IMG/VR virus record: IMGVR_UViG_2627854066_000007
Strand: one strand, 5' to 3'
DNA: 51,816 nt
From: a virus
Lineage: Duplodnaviria; Heunggongvirae; Uroviricota; Caudoviricetes
In this document: one piece after another, positions 37,170-49,194 of the stretch
Layout: every line of letters starts with the position of its first letter
Position numbering within the stretch: position 1 is the stretch's first letter
Notes under the pieces: model-generated
The model's input: the letters and a program-made list of their open reading frames with translations, nothing else
The model's database searches: none
What the model was told of the DNA's origin: nothing
Position numbers and translations under genes: made by a program

Positions 37170-38708
37170 TTATTCAGTCGGCAGTGCTACGCGCCAGGGG
37201 AGCAGTTCGCCGACCCGGTTTATCGGCCAGTCGGCTATGACGTCAAGGACATAGCGGAGGTAGCTTTCTGGCTCCACTCCGTTCAGTTTGCACGTCCCGA
37301 TCAGGCTGTACAGCAGCGCTCCCCGCTCTCCTCCATGATCCGAACCGAAGAACAGGTAGTTTTTGCGGCCCAGACTGACCATCCGCAACGCATTTTCAGC
37401 GATGTTATTGTCCGCCTCAGCCCAGCCATCATCTGCATAGTACGTCAGCGCCGGCCACTGGTTCAGGGCGTATGCGAACGCTTTCGCCAGTTCTGAGTGT
37501 CGCGACAGGGTTTTCATCTTTTCACGCAGCCAGCTTTCCAGGGATTTCAGCAGCGGTTTCGTTTTCAACTGACGTTCGGCAAGGCGCTGCTCCGCCGTCA
37601 TTCCCCTTATCTCTGCCTCGATGGCGTACAGTTCGCCGATCCGTTTCAGCGCTTCCTCCGTCAGGGCTGACGGGGTGCGAACGTGCACATCGTGGATTTT
37701 ACGGCGGGCGTGAGCCCAACAGGCGGCTTCCGTTATCCGGCCATCCCGGTACAGCTCGTTGAACCCGGCGTATGCATCCGCCTGCAGTACACCACTGAAC
37801 CCCGCAAGATGGGTCTGCGGATGGATGCCTTTTCTGTCCGGGCTGTAAGCGAACCACACCGCCGGCGCCAGCGTTGACCCGGCGTTACGGTCGTCACGAA
37901 CGTAGGTCCATAACCGCCCGGTCTTCGTTTTCTTATTGCCTGGCAACAGCACCGGGACAGGCGTGTCATCAGCATGGAGCTTACCGTCAGTCAGCACATA
38001 GTCCTGAAGCGCTTCTTCCAGCGGTGACAGTAGCCGGCAGCATGCATCCACCCAGCCCGACAGCAGTGAACGACTCAGCTCCACGCCCTGGCGGCCGTAC
38101 ATTTCAGACTGGCGGTACAGCGGGGTGTGCTCTGCATACTTTGAGATCAGCACGCGGGCCAGCAGCCCCGGTCCTGCGATACCCCGCTCGATGGGCCGTG
38201 AAGGCGCGGGGGCCTGCACGATGGCATCGCACTGAGTACAGGCATGCTTTTCACGTACAGTCCGGATAACCCGGAAGGCGCTGCGCATCAGCTCCAGCTG
38301 TTCGGCGGCATCCTCACCCAGATAGCTCAGCGAGCCTCCACATTCCGGGCAGCATGACGCTGCCGGCAGCAGCCGTTTTTCATCGCGGGGGAGTGATTCG
38401 GGGAACGGTTTGCGGGTGCGGGTTTGACGCAGCGGGCGCTGCACGGCCGGGTCGTCAACCCGACCGGTAAGGGTATCACTTTCTTTCTGAAGTGCCTTCA
38501 GGTCAGCTTCCATCTGTGCGATACGACGGGAGACTTTTTCCGAGCGGCTGCCGAAGTTCATCCGGCGCAGCTTATCCAGCTGTGCCTGCAGATGGTCTAT
38601 TTCGCGTTCACGCTCGTTCAGCTTTTCCTGCAGGGCACGGTTCAGCGCCTCCTGTTCGGCAAGGAGACGTTTCAGTGCATTGATATCGTCAGGAAGTGAG
38701 CTGCTCAT
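37170..38708 (-). CDS. tnpC: IS66-family transposase TnpC (copy 2)
   Basis: 512-aa ORF, paralog of 1127-2665 with scattered substitutions. Confidence 0.9.
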   Translation of the reverse strand: MSSSLPDDINALKRLLAEQEALNRALQEKLNEREREIDHLQAQLDKLRRMNFGSRSEKVSRRIAQMEADLKALQKESDTLTGRVDDPAVQRPLRQTRTRKPFPESLPRDEKRLLPAASCCPECGGSLSYLGEDAAEQLELMRSAFRVIRTVREKHACTQCDAIVQAPAPSRPIERGIAGPGLLARVLISKYAEHTPLYRQSEMYGRQGVELSRSLLSGWVDACCRLLSPLEEALQDYVLTDGKLHADDTPVPVLLPGNKKTKTGRLWTYVRDDRNAGSTLAPAVWFAYSPDRKGIHPQTHLAGFSGVLQADAYAGFNELYRDGRITEAACWAHARRKIHDVHVRTPSALTEEALKRIGELYAIEAEIRGMTAEQRLAERQLKTKPLLKSLESWLREKMKTLSRHSELAKAFAYALNQWPALTYYADDGWAEADNNIAENALRMVSLGRKNYLFFGSDHGGERGALLYSLIGTCKLNGVEPESYLRYVLDVIADWPINRVGELLPWRVALPTE

Positions 38709-38756
38709 ACCGGGTATATTACCAGGCTCATTCAGCGTCGACCAGGATAAAGAGGC

Positions 38757-39104
38757 TTACAACATAGTCAGGGACGTAAGCAGTCTTTTAGGCTGCCGCC
38801 AGTCGATACCTTCCAGCAGCATCGCCAGCTGTGCCGGTGTGAGGAACACTTTGCCATCCCGGGCTGACGGCCAGGCGAAGCGGCCGCGCTCCAGCCGTTT
38901 GGTCAGCAGACACAGTCCATCGCCGGTAGACCAGAGGAGCTTTACCTGACTGCCATTACGCCCACGGAAGATAAAAACGTGACCTGACATCGGATCGTCT
39001 TTCAGCGTCGTCTGCACCTTTGCCGCCAGGCCGTTGAAGCCGTTTCTCATATCGGTGATGCCAGCGACCAGCCAGATCTTTGTCCCTGATGGTAATGGGA
39101 TCAA
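38757..39104 (-). CDS. tnpB: IS66-family TnpB (copy 2)
   Basis: 115-aa ORF, near-identical to 2715-3062. Confidence 0.85.
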   Translation of the reverse strand: MIPLPSGTKIWLVAGITDMRNGFNGLAAKVQTTLKDDPMSGHVFIFRGRNGSQVKLLWSTGDGLCLLTKRLERGRFAWPSARDGKVFLTPAQLAMLLEGIDWRQPKRLLTSLTML

Positions 39105-39505
39105 CGTTTGAGCTCCCGTATCAGCAGGTTCAGGATATTTTCACTGATGGCACCATTCAGACGGAGTGATCCGTGCCGGAACGTCACTTCACAGCTGATA
39201 TTGAGTGATTCAGGTGTCGCAGTAGCTACAGGTTGTGACCGGGGGGAGGTTGTAGGGACAACATCTTCGGCATCAAGTGTTATCGGGAGCAGCTCAGGCA
39301 CGTTGTTTTCTGTTGTTGAAGGAGGACGTAGTTTTCCTTCGCGCCAGTACTGGCGCCACTTGAACAGCAAATTATCGTTGATCCCATGCTCACGAGCGAG
39401 TTGCGCTACGGAGATCTCTGGTCGATGCGAGAGTTCAACCATTTTGATTTTGAACTCAACGGGATAATTAGGGCTTTTTTTACGCACTGCGGTTAATGAT
39501 TTCAT
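39101..39505 (-). CDS. tnpA: IS66-family TnpA (copy 2)
   Basis: 134-aa ORF; N-terminus differs from copy 1. Confidence 0.8.
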   Translation of the reverse strand: MKSLTAVRKKSPNYPVEFKIKMVELSHRPEISVAQLAREHGINDNLLFKWRQYWREGKLRPPSTTENNVPELLPITLDAEDVVPTTSPRSQPVATATPESLNISCEVTFRHGSLRLNGAISENILNLLIRELKR

Positions 39506-39594
39506 GGATAGCGTCCACCATATTTGGTGTCCACTATTCTCTCAGGAATTTCAGGATCTGCCAGACGGTGCTGAGACGACGCTTACATATCTCC

Positions 39595-40218
39595 GGTGAG
39601 CCGGAGGCGTATTTCCGGATGTCGCCGGAGGACTGGCTGCGGGCAGAGATGCAGGGTGAGATTGTGGCGCTGGTCCACAGCCACCCCGGTGGTCTGCCCT
39701 GGCTGAGTGAGGCCGACCGGCGGCTGCAGGTGCAGAGTGATTTGCCGTGGTGGCTGGTCTGCCGTGGGGAGATTCATAAATTCCGCTGTGTGCCGTATCT
39801 CACCGGGCGGCGCTTTGAGCACGGGGTGATGGACTGTTACACGCTGTTCCGGGATGCTTACCATCTGGCGGGGATTGAGATGCCGGATTTTCATCGCGAG
39901 GATGACTGGTGGCGTCACGGTCAGAATCTCTATCTGGATAATCTGGAGGCCACAGGGCTGTATCAGGTGCCGTTGTCAGCGGCGCAGCCGGGCGATGTGC
40001 TGCTGTGCTGTTTTGGTTCATCGGTGCCGAATCATGCCGCCATTTACTGCGGCGACGGTGAGCTGTTGCACCATATTCCTGAACAACTGAGCAAACGAGA
40101 GAGGTATACCGACAAATGGCAGCGACGCACACACTCCCTCTGGCGTCACCGGGCATGGCACGCATCTGCCTTTACGGGGATTTACAACGATTTGGCTGCC
40201 GCATCGACCTTCGTGTAA
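39595..40218 (+). pseudogene. Tail assembly protein K, C-terminal 207 codons (JAB/MPN + NlpC/P60-like)
   Basis: GEPEAYFRMSPEDWLRAEMQGEIVALVHSHPGG (JAMM-like HSHP motif) continuing to the stop; in frame with 37013-37132 once the IS and one duplication copy are removed. Confidence 0.75.
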
Positions 40219-40763
40219 AAACGGGGGCTGAAGCCATCCGGGCGTTGTCCACACAGCTCCCGGCGTTTCGTCAGAAACTGAATGACGGCTGGTATCAGGT
40301 GCGCATTGCTGGGCGTGATGCAGGTGAAACCGAATTATCTGCCCGTCTTAATGAGCCGCTGGCAAATGGTGCCGTGATCCACATCGTGCCGCGTCTGGCG
40401 GGAGCTAAAAGTGGCGGTGTGTTTCAGGTGGTGCTGGGGGCGGCGCTGATTGCTGTGGCATGGTGGAACCCTGTGGGCTGGCTGGGTGCCGCGGCTGTAT
40501 CGGGCATGTATGCGGCAGGGGCCAGTATGATCCTGGGTGGTGTGGCCCAGATGCTGGCACCGAAAGCCCGGACGCCCACAGCGACCAGCACGGATAACGG
40601 TAAGCAGAACACCTATTTTTCATCACTGGATAACATGGTTGCCCAGGGCAATGTTCTGCCTGTTCTGTACGGTGAAATGCGTGTGGGGTCTCGTGTGGTT
40701 TCTCAGGAGATCAGCACGGCAGATGAAGGGGACGGTGGTCAGGTTGTGGTGATTGGCCGCTGA
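40116..40763 (+). CDS. Tail assembly protein I
   Basis: 215-aa ORF overlapping the K 3' end, with a Gly/Ala-rich hydrophobic C-terminal half as in lambda gpI; the internal start at 40155 is also possible. Confidence 0.8.
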   Translation: MAATHTLPLASPGMARICLYGDLQRFGCRIDLRVKTGAEAIRALSTQLPAFRQKLNDGWYQVRIAGRDAGETELSARLNEPLANGAVIHIVPRLAGAKSGGVFQVVLGAALIAVAWWNPVGWLGAAAVSGMYAAGASMILGGVAQMLAPKARTPTATSTDNGKQNTYFSSLDNMVAQGNVLPVLYGEMRVGSRVVSQEISTADEGDGGQVVVIGR

Positions 40764-40823
40764 TGCAAAATGTTTTATGTGAAACCGCCTCCGGGCGGTT
40801 TTGTCGTTTATGGAGCATGACGA

Positions 40824-43800
40824 ATGGGCAAAGGCAGCAGTAAGGGGCATACCCCGCGCGAAGCGAAGGACAACCTGAAATCCACGCAGTTACTGAGTGT
40901 GATCGATGCCATCAGCGAAGGGCCGATTGAAGGTCCGGTGGATGGATTAAAAAGCGTGCTGCTGAACAGTACACCGGTGCTGGACAGTGAGGGGAATACC
41001 AACATCGCCGGTGTCACGGTGGTGTTCCGGGCAGGTGAACAGGAGCAGACACCGCCGGAGGGATTTGAATCCTCCGGATCCGAGACGGTGCTGGGTACGG
41101 AAGTGAAATACGACACGCCGATCACCCGGACCATCACGTCTGCAAACATCGACCGTCTGCGCTTTACCTTCGGTGTGCAGGCACTGGTGGAAACCACCTC
41201 AAAGGGGGACCGGAATCCATCGGAAGTCCGCCTGCTGGTTCAGATACAACGTAACGGTGGCTGGGTGACGGAAAAAGACATCACCATTAAGGGCAAAACC
41301 ACCTCGCAGTATCTGGCCTCGGTGGTGGTGGGTAACCTGCCGCCGCGCCCGTTTAATATCCGGATGCGCAGGATGACGCCGGACAGCACCACAGACCAGC
41401 TGCAGAACAAAACGCTCTGGTCGTCATACACCGAAATCATCGATGTGAAACAGTGCTACCCGAACACGGCACTGGTCGGCGTGCAGGTGGACTCGGAGCA
41501 GTTCGGCAGCCAGCAGGTGAGCCGTAATTATCATCTTCGCGGACGCATTCTGCAGGTGCCGTCGAACTATAACCCGCAGACGCGGCAATACAGCGGTATC
41601 TGGGACGGAACGTTTAAGCCAGCATACAGCAACAACATGGCCTGGTGTCTGTGGGATATGCTGACCCATCCGCGCTACGGCATGGGGAAACGTCTTGGTG
41701 CGGCGGATGTGGACAAATGGGCGCTGTATGTCATCGGCCAGCATTGCGAGCAGTCGGTGCCGGACGGTTTTGGCGGCACGGAGCCGCGCATCACCTGTAA
41801 TGCGTACCTGACCACACAGCGTAAGGCGTGGGATGTTCTCAGTGATTTCTGCTCGGCGATGCGCTGTATGCCGGTATGGAACGGGCAGACGCTGACGTTC
41901 GTGCAGGACCGACCGTCGGATAAGGTGTGGACCTATAACCGCAGTAATGTGGTGATGCCGGATGATGGCGCGCCGTTCCGCTACAGCTTCAGCGCCCTGA
42001 AGGACCGCCATAATGCCGTTGAGGTGAACTGGATTGACCCGAATAACGGCTGGGAGACGGCGACAGAGCTTGTGGAGGACACGCAGGCCATTGCCCGTTA
42101 CGGTCGTAACGTCACGAAGATGGATGCTTTTGGCTGTACCAGCCGGGGGCAGGCACACCGCGCCGGGCTGTGGCTGATTAAAACGGAGCTGCTGGAAACG
42201 CAGACCGTGGACTTCAGCGTGGGCGCAGAAGGGCTTCGCCATGTACCGGGCGATGTCATTGAAATCTGCGATGATGACTATGCGGGCATCAGCATCGGCG
42301 GGCGCGTGCTGGCGGTGAACAGCCAGACGCGGACACTGACGCTCGACCGTGAAATCACGCTGCCATCCTCCGGTACCACGCTGATAAGCCTGGTTGACGG
42401 AAGTGGCAATCCGGTCAGCGTGGAGGTCCAGTCCGTCACCGACGGCGTGAAGGTAAAAGTGAGCCGTGTTCCTGACGGCGTTGCCGGATACAGCGTGTGG
42501 GGGCTGAAGCTGCCGACGCTGCGCCAGCGCCTGTTCCGCTGCGTGAGTATCCGTGAGAACGACGACGGCACGTATGCCATCACCGCCGTGCAGCATGTAC
42601 CGGAAAAAGAAGCCATCGTGGATAACGGGGCGCACTTTGACGGCGACCAGAGCGGCACGGTGAACGGGGTCACGCCGCCAGCGGTGCAGCACCTGACCGC
42701 AGAAGTCACCGCAGACAGCGGGGAATATCAGGTGCTGGCGCGCTGGGACACGCCGAAGGTGGTGAAGGGGGTGAGTTTTATGCTTCGCCTGACCGTGGCC
42801 GCGGATGACGGCAGTGAGCGGCTGGTCAGCACGGCCCGGACGACGGAAACCACATACCGCTTCACGCAACTGGCGCTGGGGAACTACAGGCTGACAGTCC
42901 GGGCGGTAAATGCGTGGGGACAGCAGGGCGATCCGGCATCGGTATCGTTCCGGATTGCCGCACCGGCAGCGCCGTCACAGATTGAGCTGACGCCGGGCTA
43001 TTTTCAGATAACTGCCACGCCGCATCTTGCGGTTTATGATCCGACGGTACAGTTTGAGTTCTGGTTCTCGGAAACGCGGATTACCGATATCAGGCAGGTT
43101 GAAACCACAGCCCGCTACCTTGGCACGGGGCTGTACTGGATAGCCGCCAGTATCAATATCAAACCGGGCCATGATTATTACTTTTATATCCGCAGTGTGA
43201 ACACCGTTGGCAAATCGGCATTCGTGGAGGCCGTCGGTCGGGCGAGCGATGATGCGGAAGGTTACCTGGATTTTTTCAAAGGCAAGATAACCGAATCCCA
43301 TCTCGGCAAGGAGCTGCTGGAAAAAGTCGAGCTGACGGAGGATAACGCCAGCAAACTGGAGGAGTTTTCGAAAGAGTGGCAGGACGCTAACGATAAGTGG
43401 AATGCCATGTGGGGCGTCAAAATTGAGCAGACCAAAGACGGCAAACATTATGTCGCGGGTATTGGCCTCAGCATGGAGGACACGGAAGAAGGCAAGCTGA
43501 GCCAGTTTCTGGTTGCCGCTAACCGTATCGCGTTTATTGACCCGGCAAACGGGAATGAAACGCCGATGTTTGTGGCGCAGGGCAATCAGATATTTATGAA
43601 CGACGTGTTCCTGAAGCGCCTGACGGCCCCGACCATTACCAGTGGTGGAAATCCACCGGCATTTTCCCTGACGTCAGACGGAAAGCTGACCGCTAAAAAT
43701 GCGGATATCAGTGGCAGTGTGAATGCGAACGCCGGGACGCTCAACAATGTCACGGTAAATGAAAACTGTACGATTAAGGGCATGCTGGAGGCGACTCAGG

Positions 43801-44237
43801 TCAGAGGTGACTTCGTTAAAGCTGTATCCAAATCATTCCCGAAACAGGCTGGTACGTGGGGTAACACGGAAACACCAAACGGGACGGTTACAGTCACCAT
43901 CAGTGATGATCATAACTTTGACCGTCAAATCATTATTCCGCCCATTATCTTTAACGGAATAGCGTATAGCGATCCGGGAAGTGGTAATAACCCGGGAGGT
44001 ACAAGATACACGGGTTATGGTTTTGAAGTTCGCAAAAACGGTGTATTAATCGCATCCAGAGAAACTAAAGGGGCCATTCCCGGTAGCTACAGTGCGGTTA
44101 TTGATATGCCGAGTGGCAGGGGAAGCGTCACTCTGGAGTTTAAGGTTTTCCATAAAGGCAATCAGTGGGCAGGTAATATCACCGACTGTACGGTGATTGT
44201 GACCAAAAAAGCCGCTTCCGGCATCAGTATTCGTTGA
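40824..44237 (+). CDS. Tail tip/host specificity protein J
   Basis: 1137-aa ORF, lambda gpJ size and position. Confidence 0.9.
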   Translation: MGKGSSKGHTPREAKDNLKSTQLLSVIDAISEGPIEGPVDGLKSVLLNSTPVLDSEGNTNIAGVTVVFRAGEQEQTPPEGFESSGSETVLGTEVKYDTPITRTITSANIDRLRFTFGVQALVETTSKGDRNPSEVRLLVQIQRNGGWVTEKDITIKGKTTSQYLASVVVGNLPPRPFNIRMRRMTPDSTTDQLQNKTLWSSYTEIIDVKQCYPNTALVGVQVDSEQFGSQQVSRNYHLRGRILQVPSNYNPQTRQYSGIWDGTFKPAYSNNMAWCLWDMLTHPRYGMGKRLGAADVDKWALYVIGQHCEQSVPDGFGGTEPRITCNAYLTTQRKAWDVLSDFCSAMRCMPVWNGQTLTFVQDRPSDKVWTYNRSNVVMPDDGAPFRYSFSALKDRHNAVEVNWIDPNNGWETATELVEDTQAIARYGRNVTKMDAFGCTSRGQAHRAGLWLIKTELLETQTVDFSVGAEGLRHVPGDVIEICDDDYAGISIGGRVLAVNSQTRTLTLDREITLPSSGTTLISLVDGSGNPVSVEVQSVTDGVKVKVSRVPDGVAGYSVWGLKLPTLRQRLFRCVSIRENDDGTYAITAVQHVPEKEAIVDNGAHFDGDQSGTVNGVTPPAVQHLTAEVTADSGEYQVLARWDTPKVVKGVSFMLRLTVAADDGSERLVSTARTTETTYRFTQLALGNYRLTVRAVNAWGQQGDPASVSFRIAAPAAPSQIELTPGYFQITATPHLAVYDPTVQFEFWFSETRITDIRQVETTARYLGTGLYWIAASINIKPGHDYYFYIRSVNTVGKSAFVEAVGRASDDAEGYLDFFKGKITESHLGKELLEKVELTEDNASKLEEFSKEWQDANDKWNAMWGVKIEQTKDGKHYVAGIGLSMEDTEEGKLSQFLVAANRIAFIDPANGNETPMFVAQGNQIFMNDVFLKRLTAPTITSGGNPPAFSLTSDGKLTAKNADISGSVNANAGTLNNVTVNENCTIKGMLEATQVRGDFVKAVSKSFPKQAGTWGNTETPNGTVTVTISDDHNFDRQIIIPPIIFNGIAYSDPGSGNNPGGTRYTGYGFEVRKNGVLIASRETKGAIPGSYSAVIDMPSGRGSVTLEFKVFHKGNQWAGNITDCTVIVTKKAASGISIR

Positions 44238-44306
44238 AATTGTTATAACCCATATAAGGGCACCAGAAATGGTGCCTTTTTTATTGCAGAAAAGCGAGAG
44301 GTAATT

Positions 44307-44906
44307 ATGCGTAAAGTTTGTGCAGCAATTTTGTCCGCAGCCATTTGTCTGGCCGTATCCGGTGCGCCTGCATGGGCATCTGAACATCAGTCCACGCTGA
44401 GCGCGGGGTATCTTCATGCCTCGACCAACGTTCCCGGCAGCGATGATCTGAACGGGATTAACGTGAAATACCGTTATGAGTTTACGGATACGCTGGGGAT
44501 GGTGACGTCATTCAGCTATGCAGGAGACAAGAATCGCCAGCTGACCCGTTACAGCGATACCCGCTGGCATGAAGATTCTGTGCGTAACCGCTGGTTCAGC
44601 GTGATGGCGGGGCCCTCTGTGCGCGTGAATGAATGGTTCAGTGCGTATGCGATGGCGGGCGTGGCTTACAGCCGTGTGTCGACTTTTTCCGGGGATTATC
44701 TCCGCGTAACTGACAACAAGGGGAAAACGCATGATGTGCTGACCGGAAGTGATGACGGTCGCCACAGCAACACGTCTCTGGCGTGGTGGGCTGGCGTGCA
44801 GTTTAACCCGACCGAATCCGTGGCCATTGATATTGCTTATGAAGGTTCCGGCAGTGGTGACTGGCGCACTGATGGTTTCATCGTGGGTGTCGGTTATAAG
44901 TTCTGA
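44307..44906 (+). CDS. lom: Lom/Ail/OmpX-family outer membrane protein
   Basis: 199-aa ORF with signal peptide (AVSGAPAWA) and beta-barrel-like alternating pattern ending in aromatic GYKF; sits downstream of J as lom does in lambda. Confidence 0.85.
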   Translation: MRKVCAAILSAAICLAVSGAPAWASEHQSTLSAGYLHASTNVPGSDDLNGINVKYRYEFTDTLGMVTSFSYAGDKNRQLTRYSDTRWHEDSVRNRWFSVMAGPSVRVNEWFSAYAMAGVAYSRVSTFSGDYLRVTDNKGKTHDVLTGSDDGRHSNTSLAWWAGVQFNPTESVAIDIAYEGSGSGDWRTDGFIVGVGYKF

Positions 44907-44964
44907 TTAGCCAGGTAACACAGTGTTATGACAGCCCGCCGTTTCAGGCGGGCTTTTTTGTGGG

Positions 44965-47931
44965 GTGAATATGGCAGTAAAGATTTCAGGTGTACTGAAA
45001 GACGGCACAGGAAAACCGGTACAGAACTGCACAATCCAGCTGAAAGCAAAACGTAACAGCACCACGGTGGTGGTGAACACGCTGGCATCTGAAAATCCGG
45101 ATGAAGCCGGGCGTTACAGTATGGACGTTGAGTACGGTCAGTACAGCGTTATTCTGTTGGTGGAGGGATTCCCGCCGTCACATGCCGGGACCATCACCGT
45201 GTATGAAGATTCTCAACCCGGTACGCTGAATGATTTTCTCGGTGCCATGACGGAGGATGATGCCCGTCCGGAGGCACTGCGCCGTTTTGAGCTGATGGTG
45301 GAAGAGGTGGCGCGTAACGCGTCCGCAGTGGCACAGAACACGGCAGCCGCAAAGAAGTCAGCCAGCGATGCCGGCACATCTGCCCGTGAGGCGGCAACCC
45401 ATGCGACTGATGCTGCAGACTCAGCACGCGCAGCCAGCACGTCAGCCGGACAGGCCGCGTCGTCGGCTCAGTCAGCGTCTTCCAGCGCAGGAACGGCATC
45501 AGCAAAGGCCACTGAAGCGGAAAAAAGTGCTGCCGCTGCAGAGTCCTCAAAAAGCGCGGCAGCTACCAGTGCCGGTGCCGCGAAAACGTCTGAAACGAAT
45601 GCTTCAGCGTCACAACAATCAGCCGCCACTTCTGCATCCACCGCGACCACGAAAGCGTCAGAAGCAGCCACTTCAGCACGGGATGCGTCGGCCTCAAAAG
45701 AGGCAGCGAAATCATCAGAAACGAACGCAGCCTCGAGCGCCAGTAGTGCCGCTTCCTCGGCAACGGCGGCAGCAAATTCTGCGAAGGTGGCAAAAACGTC
45801 CGAGACGAACGCCAGGTCTTCTGAAACGGCAGCGGGACAGAGCGCCTCAGCTGCGGCAGGCTCAAAAACAGCGGCTGCATTATCTGCCAGTGCCGCGTCA
45901 ACAAGTGCCGGGCAGGCCTCAGCCAGTGCCACCGCCGCCGGAAAATCGGCAGAAAGTGCTGCATCGTCTGCTTCAACAGCCACAACGAAGGCTGGCGAAG
46001 CCACTGAACAGGCCAGCGCAGCAGCGAGTTCTGCTTCCGCAGCGAAGACATCCGAAACGAACGCGAAAGCGTCGGAAACCAGCGCAGAATCCTCAAAAAC
46101 GGCTGCCGCATCGTCAGCCAGTTCGGCGGCGTCATCGGCATCATCTGCGTCTGCTTCAAAAGATGAGGCGACCAGACAGGCGTCAGCAGCAAAGGGCAGC
46201 GCCACGACGGCATCCACGAAGGCGACAGAGGCAGCTGGCAGTGCGACGGCGGCAGCTCAGAGCAAAAGTACGGCGGAATCCGCGGCAACGCGCGCCGAGA
46301 CAGCGGCAAAACGGGCAGAGGATATTGCATCCGCCGTGGCGCTTGAGGATGCGAGCACGACGAAAAAGGGGATAGTCCAGCTAAGCAGCGCGACCAACAG
46401 CACTTCCGAGTCACAGGCGGCAACGCCAAAAGCCGTTAAGGCCGCGTATGAGCTGGCTAACGGGAAATACACCGCACAGGATGCAACGACAGCACAGAAA
46501 GGGATAGTTCAGCTTAGCAACGCGACCAACAGCACATCTGAAATGCTGGCGGCAACGCCAAAGTCGGTAAAGGCAGCCTATGACCTTGCTAACGGGAAAT
46601 ATACTGCTCAGGACGCTACGACAGCACAAAAAGGAATTGTCCAGCTCAGTAGTGCAACCAACAGCGCATCTGAAACGCTTGCCGCGACACCGAAAGCAGT
46701 GAAAGCAGCTAATGATAATGCGAATGGTCGGGTACCTTCTGCCCGTAAGGTGAATGGTAAGGCGCTTTCAGCGGATATAACACTGACGCCGAAAGATATT
46801 GGTACGCTTAACTCAACAACAATGTCATTCAGCGGTGGTGCTGGTTGGTTCAAATTAGCAACGGTAACCATGCCACAGGCGAGTTCTGTTGTTTCAATTA
46901 CGTTGATTGGTGGCGCGGGATTTAACGTGGGGTCACCTCAACAGGCAGGTATATCTGAACTTGTTTTGCGTGCAGGTAATGGTAATCCGAAGGGGATTAC
47001 TGGTGCTTTATGGCAGCGCACATCGACAGGGTTTACAAATTTTGCCTGGGTCAATACATCTGGTGATACTTACGATATTTACGTTGCAATCGGAAATTAT
47101 GCGACTGGTGTAAATATTCAATGGGATTATACCAGTAATGCCAGCGTGACGATTCATACGTCACCAGCATATTCTGCTAATAAGCCGGAAGGGTTAACGG
47201 ACGGTACAGTTTATTCACTCTATACGCCATCAGAGCAGTTTTATCCGCCTGGCGCACCAATCCCGTGGCCATCAGATACCGTTCCGTCTGGCTATGCCCT
47301 GATGCAGGGGCAGGCTTTTGACAAATCTGCATACCCGAAACTTGCAGCGGCTTATCCGTCAGGCGTGATCCCTGATATGCGTGGCTGGACGATTAAGGGC
47401 AAACCTGCCAGTGGTCGGGCCGTATTGTCTCAGGAACAGGACGGCATTAAATCGCATACCCACAGCGCCAGCGCATCCAGTACGGATTTGGGGACGAAAA
47501 CCACATCGTCGTTTGATTACGGCACTAAATCCACGAATAACACTGGTGCGCATACCCATAGTTTAAGTGGCAGCACGAATGCGGCTGGTAATCACAGCCA
47601 TAGAGATGGCCGTCGATTTAACCCCAGTGTTTTTAAAGATACTTATCAATATGGTTATACAAGCTCAGGTCAAAATACCTGGGGTGTACAAGGCTCAGTA
47701 GGTATGTCTACGGGGTGGTTAGCGAATACCAGTACAGATGGTAATCATAGCCACTCACTGTCCGGCACAGCAGCATCTGCAGGTGCACACGCGCATACTG
47801 TCGGTATTGGTGCTCATACGCACTCCGTTGCGATTGGTTCACATGGACACACCATCACCGTTAACGCTGCTGGTAACGCGGAAAACACCGTCAAAAACAT
47901 CGCATTTAACTATATTGTGAGGCTTGCATAA
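44965..47931 (+). CDS. Side tail fiber protein (Stf-like)
   Basis: 988-aa ORF with a long Ala/Ser/Thr-rich low-complexity region (KTSETNA repeats), three ~42-aa fibre repeats ([37 protein letters not shown]) and a His-rich C-terminus (HTHS repeats). Confidence 0.85.
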   Translation: MNMAVKISGVLKDGTGKPVQNCTIQLKAKRNSTTVVVNTLASENPDEAGRYSMDVEYGQYSVILLVEGFPPSHAGTITVYEDSQPGTLNDFLGAMTEDDARPEALRRFELMVEEVARNASAVAQNTAAAKKSASDAGTSAREAATHATDAADSARAASTSAGQAASSAQSASSSAGTASAKATEAEKSAAAAESSKSAAATSAGAAKTSETNASASQQSAATSASTATTKASEAATSARDASASKEAAKSSETNAASSASSAASSATAAANSAKVAKTSETNARSSETAAGQSASAAAGSKTAAALSASAASTSAGQASASATAAGKSAESAASSASTATTKAGEATEQASAAASSASAAKTSETNAKASETSAESSKTAAASSASSAASSASSASASKDEATRQASAAKGSATTASTKATEAAGSATAAAQSKSTAESAATRAETAAKRAEDIASAVALEDASTTKKGIVQLSSATNSTSESQAATPKAVKAAYELANGKYTAQDATTAQKGIVQLSNATNSTSEMLAATPKSVKAAYDLANGKYTAQDATTAQKGIVQLSSATNSASETLAATPKAVKAANDNANGRVPSARKVNGKALSADITLTPKDIGTLNSTTMSFSGGAGWFKLATVTMPQASSVVSITLIGGAGFNVGSPQQAGISELVLRAGNGNPKGITGALWQRTSTGFTNFAWVNTSGDTYDIYVAIGNYATGVNIQWDYTSNASVTIHTSPAYSANKPEGLTDGTVYSLYTPSEQFYPPGAPIPWPSDTVPSGYALMQGQAFDKSAYPKLAAAYPSGVIPDMRGWTIKGKPASGRAVLSQEQDGIKSHTHSASASSTDLGTKTTSSFDYGTKSTNNTGAHTHSLSGSTNAAGNHSHRDGRRFNPSVFKDTYQYGYTSSGQNTWGVQGSVGMSTGWLANTSTDGNHSHSLSGTAASAGAHAHTVGIGAHTHSVAIGSHGHTITVNAAGNAENTVKNIAFNYIVRLA

Positions 47932-48533
47932 TGGCATTCAGAATGAGTGAACAACCACGGACCATAAAAATTTATAATCTGCTGGCCGGAACTAATGAAT
48001 TTATTGGTGAAGGTGACGCATATATTCCGCCTCATACCGGTCTGCCAGCAAACAGTACCGATATTGCACCGCCAGATATTCCGGCTGGCTTTGTGGCTGT
48101 TTTCAACAGTGATGAGGCATCGTGGCATCTCGTTGAAGATCATCGGGGAAAAACCGTCTATGACGTGGCTTCCGGCGACGCGTTATTTATTTCTGAACTT
48201 GGCTCGTTACCGGAAAATGTCACCTGGTTATCCCCGGAAGGGGAATATCAGAAGTGGAACGGCACAGCCTGGGTGAAGGATACGGAAGCAGAAAAACTGT
48301 TCCGGATCCGGGAGGCGGAAGAAACAAAAAACAGCCTGATGCAGGTAGCCAGTGAGCATATTGCGCCGCTTCAGGATGCTGTGGATCTGGAGATCGCAAC
48401 GGAGGAAGAAACCTTGTTGCTGGAAGCCTGGAAAAAGTATCGGGTGTTGCTGAACCGTGTTGATACATCAACTGCACCGGATATTGAATGGCCAGCCCTA
48501 CCGTATGGTAAGATATATAAATTCTATAATTAG
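47931..48533 (+). CDS. Tail fiber assembly protein (Tfa)
   Basis: 200-aa ORF starting at the stf stop (TAATG overlap), Tfa-like size and position. Confidence 0.85.
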   Translation: MAFRMSEQPRTIKIYNLLAGTNEFIGEGDAYIPPHTGLPANSTDIAPPDIPAGFVAVFNSDEASWHLVEDHRGKTVYDVASGDALFISELGSLPENVTWLSPEGEYQKWNGTAWVKDTEAEKLFRIREAEETKNSLMQVASEHIAPLQDAVDLEIATEEETLLLEAWKKYRVLLNRVDTSTAPDIEWPALPYGKIYKFYN

Positions 48534-48603
48534 AAGTATCTTTCCATTTAAGGCTAGGAAGGGGGGCTTGGAAAACGTAAGGAATCTCACACCGAGATTA
48601 TTT

Positions 48604-49194
48604 TTATATATCAGGCGTCTGATTTTTTGCTTTAGCTCTTAAAATGGTTTGCCGCGAGGTTTTGAATTCTTGGGCAATGTCACTTATATTTATACCTGAC
48701 TTAATTTGCTCTAGTACCCTCTGTATTTGTTCATCATTTAACACAGGTGGGCGACCAAATCGCTTTCCTGCGCCCCGTGCTCTTAATATCCCTGAATGAG
48801 TACGCTCAAGTAAAAGGTCTCGCTCAAATTCAGCGACTGCTGAAATTACTTGCATCATCATTTTTCCAGGTGGACTGGTCAGGTCAACGCCCCCCAATGC
48901 TAAGCAATGCACTTTGATACCTGCTTTGGTCAGTTGTTCCACCGTTTTACTGATATCCATTGGATTACAACCGAGGCGATCCAGTTTTGTGACAATCAAT
49001 GCATCACCTCTTTTCAGTCGATCAAGCAACTGGTTAAAACCAGGACGCTCACTGGTTGCTGCTGAGCCGCTAATTTGTTCTTCAATTATTTGCTGAGATT
49101 TGATGTTAAAACCTGCACTTTCGATTTCCCGACGTTGATTTTTGGTTGTCTGTTCCAGAGTTGATACCCGACAGTAAGCATAAATTCGAGACAT
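48604..49194 (-). CDS. pinQ: Serine recombinase (Pin-type DNA invertase/resolvase family)
   Basis: 196-aa ORF with N-terminal catalytic YCRVSTLEQ (Ser nucleophile) and C-terminal HTH; convergent with tfa. Confidence 0.85.
   Translation of the reverse strand: MSRIYAYCRVSTLEQTTKNQRREIESAGFNIKSQQIIEEQISGSAATSERPGFNQLLDRLKRGDALIVTKLDRLGCNPMDISKTVEQLTKAGIKVHCLALGGVDLTSPPGKMMMQVISAVAEFERDLLLERTHSGILRARGAGKRFGRPPVLNDEQIQRVLEQIKSGINISDIAQEFKTSRQTILRAKAKNQTPDI

Larger units (their letters stand above)
37133..39586 (-). mobile_element. IS66-family insertion sequence, copy 2 (2454 bp), inserted in tail gene K
   Basis: GTAAGCG...CGCTTAC termini; 8-bp target duplication ATATCTCC (37125-37132 and 39587-39594); tnpA-tnpB-tnpC; visibly divergent from copy 1 at protein level. 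Confidence 0.85.

Noticed and set aside
41424-42869. 481-aa minus-strand ORF inside the J gene
   Set aside because: Lies entirely antisense to the well-supported 1137-aa J gene; Arg/His/Pro/Ala-rich composition typical of antisense frames in GC-rich coding DNA, with no start context.
45368-46429. Three long overlapping ORFs (335, 249 and 288 aa) in alternative frames and on the opposite strand of stf
   Set aside because: Artefacts of the Ala/Ser-rich repetitive low-complexity region of stf; products are R/Q/P- or A/D/E-homopolymeric and cannot all be real.
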